From the NCBI GenBank assembly GCA_964016885.1, contig OZ024740.1:169260001-169324000 (forward strand): a stretch of DNA of 64,000 nucleotides, written 5' to 3'. The DNA is from Eledone cirrhosa (lineage: Eukaryota). Positions 36,190 to 56,259 of the stretch are shown here, one piece after another. How positions within the stretch are numbered: the stretch's first letter is position 1; each line of letters opens with the position of its first letter. The notes beneath the pieces are model-generated. The model made no database searches. It had not been told where the DNA came from and saw only the letters and a program-made list of their open reading frames with translations. The position numbers and the translations under genes are program-made.

Positions 36190-39100
36190 CAGAGGTAGTT
36201 GCCCGGTACAACTCTCAATGGAGTAGTCGTTCGAATGAACCGAAACACTTCCGTTAAACACGACTATAGCAGTAACAATTTATAGGTGCTGTCTCGGTGC
36301 TTTAGAATGATATCTCTCTTGTGCTGTTCACCACAAATAACCACAGCAATCCCATTACATGTTGGTGCGTTGAACCGATCGGCGTGTTCTCCAGATGGCC
36401 TTCGTTCAGCATGTATGACCACACTAAAGTTTGGGTCGGTGGCTATTTCCAAGGCGCACTTGAAACGGCGAACATAGCTATTTTGTCATGAAGCATTTCT
36501 TGAAGTTTTATTATGGTTTCAATGTTAGTTTCGGACGAAATAGAATTTCGCATCTGTGCCTGCTCCTGATAGTGTCCAACGAAGTATAACTGAATAACTT
36601 ATCAGTGAAACAATTCTTAATACTGTAAATAAAAACCTTTTTTTGTACTGTTGACCATCTGAAACGCGGAATTGTAGCGGCGGATATTACGCAGAAACTT
36701 CGGTGATTCCTCCGTCGTATCTGTCAAAAGGAGGTGCAATATCTCTGGAGGGTCGTGAATAGGAGGTAGTCTAACTTTACTGTTTGAACAACACATTCCA
36801 TCTCTCTCCCCTGACCACTTTTTGGTACGACAAAACTGGCACTAGAGGTCATTTCCCCAATTTGAATATCTGGATGGACGGCGTTGTCGGAGGAGGGGTT
36901 AAAGGCCTTCAACAACCACCATGAATTGCAAGTCCTAGAAATGCCACGTAACGATGATCGTCCTGTTCACTTTGCAGAAGTCGGCCACGTCACTGCTCTA
37001 TGGTTTCAGTATTTCGTACAGCAGTAGTGGCAGAAGGTCTCTGCTTCGTCGAACGGCGTGTCATCCTTCATCCTCTCAAGTGCGAGTAGCGGATGTTGCA
37101 GTGGCGTCCCTGCTTCGTCGAACGGCGCGGCGTCCTTCATACTCTCGAGCGCGAGCAGCGGCTGTTGCAGAGGCGTCCCTGCTTCGTCGAACGGCACGTC
37201 GTCCTTCATCCTCTCGTGCGCGAGCAGCAGCAGTCGCGGCAGCACTTTTGTTCCGTCGAAGTTCACGCCGTCTGTCATCTTTCTCCGCTCTTGCAGCTGC
37301 CGTCTGCACAGCATTCTGTGAGAGCCTGATCGCAGTGGCATTTACATCTTCGGTGAGACGCGTTCGCTTAGACCTACTTGCATCATTAGATAATCGACCA
37401 ATGAAAGTTCTTTTCTTGGGAGGCATTGTTTTTAGAAAATTAACCAGGGAGAACGATAAATAGTGGACAAATAACGTTTAAGTAAGCAAATCTAAACACG
37501 GATATAAATTGTGAAAAAATCGGATAAATCTATGTGGTCTGAGAAAGTTTTGCAAGATTTTGTGTACCAGTCAAATTTCAGGTTTTAAGTTAGGGGCAAC
37601 GCAGCATACGGACTACTTGTGATAAAGAAATTAAATAGTGTGGCTACAGTGGTAGGTATATGTGTCAGCATGTTTGTTCAGTTCGAACATAGCAATAAGT
37701 AAGTACTAACCATTGAAAGGATACAGGCAAAAATGGCCGAAAAATTACAGCATGATAAACTGGAACCTTATGACGCTAAACACATTAACTAAATCTCCTT
37801 TAAGATGACAAATGTTGAAGAGGCATGTGTTTCAGAGTACGTATGTAAAAAAACCTACCACTTGTCAAAAACCAAAAAAGAAGTGTGATCCTAGGTCGGA
37901 CTTGACCAATATAACTAGGAGTGATTTCGCTCAATGAACAACACTCGAGTTGTCTGATTGGTTAGATAATACAAATAAGTGTGATGAAATCTACTGAACA
38001 CAACTCACTGATGTGTGGTTGGCCAGAGATCGCCATTTCGCACTTAATTGAGGTGCAATTAACGGGGGAGACAACCGGGTGCAAAAACTAATCAATCATT
38101 CGCAAAGTTTAGGCATGAGTGTGAAATAGCACAATCCACATATAGTAGGCGTTAAAATTTACACCTGGGTTAAATCGCGCTTTCTTGGTTAGGAGTGTCA
38201 AATAACGCCAAAGTTAAAGGAAAACAATTTAATTCCCCATTCCGCACTTAATTGTGGTACAATTACACGGGGGAGACAACCTGGTACAAAATTCAATTCA
38301 ATCATCCTAAAGTTAACTAAACAAACTAAAGTTAAGCCAGGGGGACTTAAAAATTCGCTACTCCATTTGTAGGACATGACTAACCGATGCGTCAAATTTC
38401 GTTTAAATTGACTTTTATTTCCAGAAGCTTTGATGCGACCATAATATGAACTTTAAAAGTGGTCCAAAGGGGCTCACTGCCCTCCCTAGGGGGTTCCCTT
38501 CCAAAATTCAAGTGCCAACGAATGTGTGGTGCTTTATCTTATGGCAGGCCATAACCATTTCGTTTAGTTTTTGTAAGAATCAAGTATAAACTCCCGAGGT
38601 TATGGTGCTTTTTTATTGTGGCAGTTTGAAATTTTATAGGTTAATTAATTCGGATCATTGTCCCTGAGGAGGTTCTCTTGCTGAATTGAAATGAAAGTAA
38701 ATGTGCCTCACTGTATCTTCATCTGTAGTACATGAATAACAACTAAGTCGAAATTCATTTTATTGGACTACCAGTTATCGAAATTATGACGCTTTGCTGC
38801 ATTACAATAGCCAAATTCAATAAATGTCTCGCCGGGGCTTACTGCCCCCTGAGCGTCCCCATGCTTGTTCCGGGTATAGACAGTGTCTTGAACATCATCT
38901 TTAAGCAATGGGTAACCAATGTGTCCGGTAAAGTTAAAATCGAACGTAATCTTCAAAAGTTATCAGGTACTAATACAGTGAACTTCAATAGATAAGTCGA
39001 AGGGGCTTACTGTCCCCCCTCCCCGACGTCCCCTTGATAAGTTCAAGTAACGGTTCATGTGTTCACCTTCCTTTATAAGCCCTGGGTAACCAATACGTCT

Positions 39101-39504
39101 CGCTTCGTGAAAACCAAACACCAACTCAAGCAGTTTTGTTGCATTGATGATATCAACTTCAACATTCATCAAGTCGGTTTACTGCTCCCCAAGTGGTCCC
39201 TACCTGAATTTCTGCGCAAGTGCATGCCTGCAAATTTATTTGTAGACCATAAGCAAACAAAAGATTAATTTTGGTGAAGATGGGAGGCAAACTGCAGGAA
39301 TTATGGGTCCTTTATGCAGTAGTACTGCTGACTCCAAGCGAGAGGCTTAAGGGGGCCCCTCAATCGATGTAGGAAAAATAAAATAACCTACAACGCGTAA
39401 AAGGATTTCATAAACTTATGTATGAAATTTGGTGCAAATGAGTTGTAAAATGTAGAAATGCATGCGGTTACATAGACAGACATACATTCTGTTATATATA
39501 TATA
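36186..39504 (-). mobile_element. Internally deleted Helitron remnant (N-terminus and pre-Rep region)
   Basis: MPPKKR..GR N-terminus with 69-bp repeats (37040-37260); VVIHAERRPSGEHADRFNAPT..IAVVI..RDIILKHRD; degenerate 3' end at 36186-36207. Confidence 0.7.
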
Positions 39505-39910
39505 CTAGCAGAAGCACCCGGCGTTGCTTGGGTATTAAATAGCAGTTGTGTATACCATTTATGTCAATACTTCAGTGCTGCTTCGAAAACTATACTTTTA
39601 CAAAATCATCGGGGTCCCCTACTCAATATGTGCCAATTCTGAGAGTTAACATTCATATGTAGGACAAACGTAGCCCATGTGTCAAGTTTTGTGAAAATCG
39701 GTTGCGAACTCCAGAAGTTATGACGTTTTGTTGCATTGCACTGCAGTGCTTCAGTCGACTCCAAGAAAGTGGTTAAAGGGGGTTATCTGCCGGGGGGCCC
39801 TATAATCAATATCTGGAAAATGAAAGTGCCCATGACCATCCGGAGTACATAAGTAACCTGTCTTAAGTTTGATGAAAATACTGTAAAAATGCATAAGGTT
39901 CATACATACG
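39505..39910 (-). mobile_element. Non-autonomous Helitron-like element
   Basis: Reverse-complement 3' terminus ACCCAAGCAACGCCGGGT hairpin followed by GCTTCTGCTAG|T. Confidence 0.65.
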
Positions 39911-39923
39911 CGCGCGCGCGCGT

Positions 39924-39993
<70 letters not shown>

Positions 39994-40537
39994 CCGTCGG
40001 GGCATACGTATGTACTGGCCTAAATCTTCACTATTTACTTTTACTATTTTAATAACCTCTGTCATTTTCGTTTTCAATTTTATTTACATCATTCTTAAAC
40101 TCCGGGGCTGGAAATCATTCTGTTATTTTAAATAGAATATTAGTCTAACGACTCCATTTATACCATAAACTTGGTCTTGTCTTTGCATGAAATTGTTCTT
40201 TTCGCTCCACATAACGACGTATTATCCTCGCTTTTTTCCCGTTCATTGCCAGGGAACGTCTTCACGAACCAAAATATCGTCTTCCTGTTTTCGTTCGGTT
40301 GCAACGTTTCTCGAAATATTTACTTCTGCGTTCACAGTTTACTCTCAGTTCAATTTGAATGGGAAATTCCTGTTTCATTGATTTTTTCCGTAACCATGGA
40401 AGCAACGCCTCCTCGGGTCATTCTGCATAACTGTAAATTTTCGCTGCATTCCACCAAGCCGTTTCGACGTTTATCCGTCTACACCTACTTCCTTAAATAT
40501 ACAACGTCCAACCACTTCCAATTTATATAGTATATAT

Positions 40538-40623
<86 letters not shown>

Positions 40624-40628
<5 letters not shown>

Positions 40629-40930
40629 AAAAAAGATGAAATCGAAAATGCAACTGGAGTCTTCTTTAAAAAAAAATATATATCTATTTGGTTCCTCTAC
40701 CGGTTTCGCAGTTCTTCTGCTTTTCAAAAGTAGAATTGAGAAGGAGGGTCCATCTCAATTCTACTTTTGAAAAGCAGAAGAACTGCGAAACCGGTAAAGG
40801 AAGCAAATAGATATATATTTAAAAAAAAAAAAGACTGCAGTTGCATTTTCGATTTCATCTTTTTTCCTTATACTTTCACTCGTGTAGGACACCTCGGTTA
40901 TTTTTCATTTTGTAAAAAAAACGTCACTTT
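40624..40930. repeat. Inverted pair of HHR-bearing ends (HHRs 40694-40730 minus, 40764-40800 plus; U3-A8 core)
   Basis: Arms ~40624-40741 and 40753-40871; ctt TTGAAAA gcag aagaa ctgc GAAA ccgg TA aagg. Confidence 0.8.
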
Positions 40931-40980
40931 CTAATATATATATATATATATACATAGTCATTTATATATGCATAAATATG

Positions 40981-41016
<36 letters not shown>

Positions 41017-41411
41017 TATATGCATATATATATATGTGTGTATATATATATGTGTGGGTGTATATTTATGTGTATGTATGTAGGTACATGCATGCACATG
41101 TATGTGTATGTATATATTAATGTGTATATATATATATATATATATATAAATTCATAAGGAATATATATAGACATAGTCACAGATACATATATGAGTGTGG
41201 CTACCTTCCACGGTTTGGCTCAATGAAAAAGTTAGTTAAGCAAATAATCTAGCTGTTCCTCACAACGGATAGTCTGTGTCATTTATCTGTTATTTCTTCA
41301 AAGTTAAATTCTAAACTTAGCTCCGTTTAAATGATTATTTATCTGGTTGATTTCTACGGACAAAGGAGAAGAAAAATTGGATATATTTTATCTGTCTGTT
41401 CTTCAAATTTA

Positions 41412-41477
<66 letters not shown>

Positions 41478-41539
41478 AAAAAAATAACGCTCTACATGGC
41501 TGAATACAATAAATGTAATCTGGGTTTTCGAATATTAAT

Positions 41540-41720
41540 AATTGTTTCTACTTTTGGCACACGGCCAGCATTATCACAGTATATTACTGGTGCTTTATTT
41601 TATCGGCCCCTTAAGGATGAAAGTTAACCTCGGCGAGATATGAAATCAGACCATAAAGGGTCGTAACTCTTTGCTGCAAAGCATGGCGTCAGACTCTCTA
41701 CCGATACTGCCAATCCATTC
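41540..41720 (-). mobile_element. tRNA-derived SINE (same family as 16230)
   Basis: aattgtttctacttttggcac...tttattttatcggcccc...aacctcggcg...ctaccgatactgccaatcc. Confidence 0.75.
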
Positions 41721-42023
41721 GATTCGTTTGCAATTATGCAAACAAGCCTCATTTTTAAAGCCATGTCAGTAGAATGAACCCTTCATTCTTGCTCTTGTAT
41801 TGGCATGTAAACAGAACAATAATGTTTCTGGGTATCACCCATCATCAGTACAGCTCACTGTTCCCCTGCCAACTGTCAGAGGTGGGGAAAATATATGGTA
41901 TTTTCTAAAATATACAGTGACTGATTGGCCTGATTTGCATATTTTCGGATCTAGCTGTCGAAACCTAAGTATCAAGTACTGTGTTGCGTTATTTCCACCT
42001 GGTTCCTTACCACACTTTCTTCG

Positions 42024-42113
<90 letters not shown>

Positions 42114-42145
42114 GTAAAAGGTTATATACATATAAACTAGACAGA

Positions 42146-42196
<51 letters not shown>

Positions 42197-42198
<2 letters not shown>

Positions 42199-43040
42199 CT
42201 GTGAATCGCGGATAAAAAGCTATATCATTTATCTATTGTTTCTTCATAAGTATATTTTAAACTTATAGCTTCGTTTAAATGATTTTTTGTGTGGTTGATT
42301 AGGCTAATTGGGAGAAGAAATATATTTTATCTAATGATTCTATGGACTTACTTTTTATATATTGCTCTGATTATTAATTATTTAATTAATTCGTCATTGA
42401 GCCACACCGTGAATGGTTGCCAAAAACATATATATATATCTATGGCTCTGTCTAGTTTATATGTATATAACCTTTTAAATTTTATATACTCCCGTAAGTA
42501 AAACTTTAGGCAGTATTCGGCTGCGCTTTCTAGCAACCAGCCTACTCGCCGACAGGCACCAATCACAAACTTTCTGCCTTGACCACTAGCCACGTGACGA
42601 TTCTTAGCCATTTTGAATTCGTTTCTGGCGGGGATCATGTAAGAAAAATCTTTGTCCAATTGAGTTTATCTCCTGATGATTTCCAACCTCGTTGATTTAT
42701 CCAAGATCGGATATATCTAAAAAGTGAATGACAGGTAAGGATATTTTGATGATTTTGCTATGTTTATGTACACTTTTTCTTCTAACTTTGATTTTGTACC
42801 TAACTATGTATGGTTAACTATTTGTCTAGTCAATTTCTACAGGCTATCAGAAATACTAGGTAAATTTCCTGTAGCTGTGAATCACGGATAAAAAGCTATA
42901 TCATTTATCTATTGTTTCTTCATAAGTATATTTTAAACTTATAGCCTCGTTTAAATGATTTTTTTGTGTGGTTGATTATGCTGATTGGGAGAAGAAATAC
43001 TGTATATATTTTATCTAATGATTCTATGAACTTACTTTAT
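42197..43040 (+). repeat. Direct repeats of ~165 bp (42197-42360, 42872-43040; diverged copy ~41250-41410)
   Basis: agctgtgaatcRcggataaaa...tatcatttatctattgtttcttcataag duplicated. Confidence 0.75.
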
Positions 43041-43384
43041 ATATATATATGTATGTATATATGTGTGTAGGTCAATACTCATCCTTTTTCTACTCACAGG
43101 GTTTTTAAAATAACCATTTATAAGACTAACTTCATTAGTCAAATACGGTGTAAGCTTATATTTCTACTTTTTATATATATAGTGTAGGTGATTCAGTGAT
43201 TACTGGTGTTGGTACCAAAGCAACCACTCTATGCACAGGCAGAGTGTACATATTAGAAAAAAAACGAGTAAGTACTGTGTATCGAACTCTGTTTCGCAGA
43301 AGATTCAATGAAGGTCACCCATAGGAGTTATGGATCCAACTCCACTATCGATCTTTTTGTCATATATAATATATATATATATAG

Positions 43385-43950
43385 ATGAGAGACGTAAAAT
43401 AAGAAAATTATAAAATTAACTTACTTACTAAAATTTCACTCCCAACTAATTAGTTTCTGAAAGGGAATAAACATACTTTCCGAAGAAGCGTACAGAGAAG
43501 CCTTTCGTCATCAGGGAAGTCTATTCTCAGCTAAGTTTCCAGGCAATACGTGGACACAGGGAACTTATACAAAAATAATTCAGTGGATGGAAAAAAGCAA
43601 AGCGTGGACTAAATTCCTAGCCATTGAGAAAATTACTGCCTACTGCGTCGGTGGCAAATTCAAAAGAATCAATCACGTGACATCGAGGTCAATCAGTGGA
43701 AAGTGGTTTGTTAAGAAGACAGCAGCCGGACTGTTACTATAGCAGCAGTTTCGGCCAATTTTTTCTCGACAAATAATTTGGAGATAATTATAAAGAATTA
43801 GTATATCTAGTAACATATATATACACAGATGCATACTTATGCTAGTAAATATATAGGTTTTGTCTTAGTAACTTTGTGGTTCAATGCATGGGTTGCAGAA
43901 CAATAATATGAGAGACGTAAAATAAAAAAATTATAAAATTAACTTACTAA
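43385..43950 (-). mobile_element. Non-coding HHR unit of ~523 bp with repeated terminus; HHR at 43439-43519
   Basis: Reverse complement: cttcc CTGATGA cgaaagg...cctttca GAAA ctaattag TT gggag; atgagagacgtaaaata...aacttac repeated at 43385 and 43908. Confidence 0.7.
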
Positions 43951-44383
43951 ATGTGTGTGTGTGTTGTGTGTGTGCGCGTGTGTGTGTGTGGGCGTATGTG
44001 TAAGTGCATTTATATATATGTTTATGTGTGCGTGAATATATATATATACATATATGTATATATATATGCATGTATGTGTGGATGTGTATTTGTGTGAATA
44101 TATTTATGCACTTATCTACTGTTCTTGTTTTGATGTTGTATTCGAATAAGTAGTAGAATATTTAACTAGAAATGTATACATATGTAAGGTACCGAATATA
44201 TTGACTTGGATGTATGGCAGTGTGTGCATAATTTAGTACGTAAAACTTATTCTCCTTGAAAACTTTAATGTTTATACTGAATTTATTGTGCACGAAAGAT
44301 ATATTGCTTAATAGTCTTATAATGCATGCCTATTCGTTTGAGTGCCCATGTGAATAATTTTAGTAGGTTTAAGTTTAAATTTA

Positions 44384-45200
44384 AGGCCTCCTTCGGTCAA
44401 AGCTGACCATGGGTAGTATCCTGTTGTTAGCTCGGCTGGAGCAGCTTCCTCGGTGGCTAAACAGACCTATACGTCAGTGACAGTCTCTGTCACATTGAAC
44501 ACATCTGTATATGGTCCCTGGTCTGTTGGATTTATTGCGCTCCTTTCGCCGGGCTCTCCTGACCACTGCGGCAGTCATCAAACTCTTCTCCCTTGTTTTG
44601 AGGTGTTTCTCCATCTTGACCGGTCAGCTGCAAGGCCCTCCGAGGACTCTGTGTTGATCTCAGTGGCCTTCATATCTCTCTTCACAATATCGTTGTATCG
44701 CAGCCGAGGTCGACCGGTGGCTCTCTTCCCAGAGGCCAGCTCCCCATATAAGATGTCTTTTTGGATGCAGCCATCATTAATGTGCTTAACGTGTCCCAGC
44801 CAGCGTAGTCTGCGCTGTCGGAGCAGGGTAAACAGGCTGGGAAGGCCAGCACGCATAAGCACCTCGGCGTTGGGCACTTTTTAATGCTAGGATATACCCA
44901 AGTTACGGCGCAGGTATCTCACATGGAAGGTGTTGTGTCACCTCTCCAGTCTCATTGACATACAGCAGTGTGTCGATGACAGAGGCATTGTACACAGCCA
45001 TCTTGATCTTTACCACCAGCTTGGGGTTTGTCCACACTAAAGTTGTGAGGTGAGTAAATGTTGTAGCTGCCTTCCCAAACTCCTGTCGAGCTCTGTGTCC
45101 AGGGAGAGGTTGTCCGTGATGGTGGAACCAAGGTAGGTGAACTGATGGACGACGTCGAGCTCATAGTCATCGATTTTGACGAACGGTGTTGCCATAATTA
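44384..45200 (-). mobile_element. RTE/BovB-like LINE 3' fragment
   Basis: FTYLGSTI, PNAEVLMRAGLPS..LRQRRLRWLGHV..ILYGELASGKRATGRPRLRYND. Confidence 0.85.
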
Positions 45201-45204
45201 CTTG

Positions 45205-45267
<63 letters not shown>

Positions 45268-45367
45268 TATATATATGACAAGTAAGTTTGTTTTGAAACA
45301 GCGAGCAAGTTTGAAATTTAAAATGAAGCTTTCGCCGTTTTGTTTCGCTAAAGAAATTTTAGCCTGA

Positions 45368-49419
<4,052 letters not shown>

Positions 49420-50302
49420 AATTAGTAATTTTCATAGAAAAAGCATATAACGCTATGTGCTTTTACGATTCTCTAGAGAGGCCGGAAGATAGGTAAATGT
49501 TGCTGATGAGTTGTAACAACAACGAAACTAGTTCAATATTCCTTGTCTGGCTTTCTGGAGAATAGAGGAAAGGTGTTTCCTCAAAAACCAGTATGACTCT
49601 AAAAACCGGTTTGTCTGTGTGTTTACATACGGAATAGCTGGCCACTCACAGTAAAGTGACCAGTGAAAAAAACTTGGTACATCTACATATGTATACGTGT
49701 GTGTATTCATATACATACTAGTATTTCAGTATACATATATGGATGTACATCTTTAACTTAATTGTTTAAGCGTCAGTCATACAAAAGTGAGTTACAAACG
49801 AAACGAAATTTAATTTCGTTTCGTTATTTGTTTTTATCGTCTCCGTTGAACCGGTACTTACTCAGACTCTATGCAAATTAGTCTGCCCACTACTAATTTT
49901 CATAGAAAAAGCATATAACGCTATGTGCTTTTACGATTCTCTAGAGAGGCCGGAAGATAGGTAAATATTGCTGATGAGTTGTAACAACAACAAAACTAGT
50001 TCAATATTCCTTGTCTGGCTTTCTGGAGAATAGAGGAAAGGTGTTTCCTCAAAAACCAGTATGACTCTAAAAACCGGTTTGTCTGTGTGTTTACATACGG
50101 AATAGCTGGCCACTCACAGTAAAGTGACCAGTGAAAAAAACTTGGTACATCTACATATGTATACGTGTGTGTATTCATATACATACTAGTATTTCAGTAT
50201 ACATATATGGATGTACATCTTTAACTTAATTGTTTAAGCGTCAGTCATACAAAAGTGAGTTACAAACGAAACGAAATTTAATTTCGTTTCGTTATTTGTT
50301 TT

Positions 50303-50303
<1 letters not shown>
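49420..50303 (+). mobile_element. Retrozyme-like tandem element, 468-bp unit (~1.9 copies); HHRs at 49496-49540 and 49964-50008
   Basis: aatgttg CTGATGA gttgt aaca acaac GAAA ctag TT caatatt; second copy has AAAA (G12A); octamer at 49871. Confidence 0.85.
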
Positions 50304-50372
<69 letters not shown>

Positions 50373-50383
50373 CATATATATAC

Positions 50384-50454
<71 letters not shown>

Positions 50455-50477
50455 CATATATATACATATATATATAC

Positions 50478-50552
<75 letters not shown>

Positions 50553-50569
50553 CATATATATATATATAC

Positions 50570-50600
<31 letters not shown>

Positions 50601-50601
50601 C

Positions 50602-50678
<77 letters not shown>

Positions 50679-50715
50679 CATACATATATATATATATACA
50701 TATATATATACATAC

Positions 50716-50890
<175 letters not shown>

Positions 50891-50903
50891 CATATATATA
50901 TAC

Positions 50904-50956
<53 letters not shown>

Positions 50957-50969
50957 CATATATATATAC

Positions 50970-51249
<280 letters not shown>

Positions 51250-51260
51250 ATACATATACA

Positions 51261-51364
<104 letters not shown>

Positions 51365-51381
51365 TACATACATATATATAT

Positions 51382-51412
<31 letters not shown>

Positions 51413-51422
51413 CATATATATA

Positions 51423-51458
<36 letters not shown>

Positions 51459-51465
51459 TATATAT

Positions 51466-51514
<49 letters not shown>

Positions 51515-51529
51515 CATATATATATATAC

Positions 51530-51579
<50 letters not shown>

Positions 51580-51666
51580 GGAAAGTTATATTTAAAATTG
51601 TTGGGTTACAACTAGTAAATATTTATAACTGATATAAAAGCACTCGACAAATATTTGGAGTATATT

Positions 51667-55370
<3,704 letters not shown>

Positions 55371-55536
55371 CATATATATACATATATATATACATATATA
55401 TACATATATATATATATATATACATATATATACATATATATATACATATATATATACATATATATATACATATATACATATATATATATATACATATATA
55501 TATCTATATATATATATATATGTATATATATGTATA

Positions 55537-55730
<194 letters not shown>

Positions 55731-55751
55731 TGTATATATATACATATATAA

Positions 55752-55844
<93 letters not shown>

Positions 55845-55871
55845 TGTATATATATACATATATAAATATAC

Positions 55872-55990
<119 letters not shown>

Positions 55991-56001
55991 CATATATATA
56001 C

Positions 56002-56086
<85 letters not shown>

Positions 56087-56087
56087 C

Positions 56088-56254
<167 letters not shown>

Positions 56255-56259
56255 TATAT

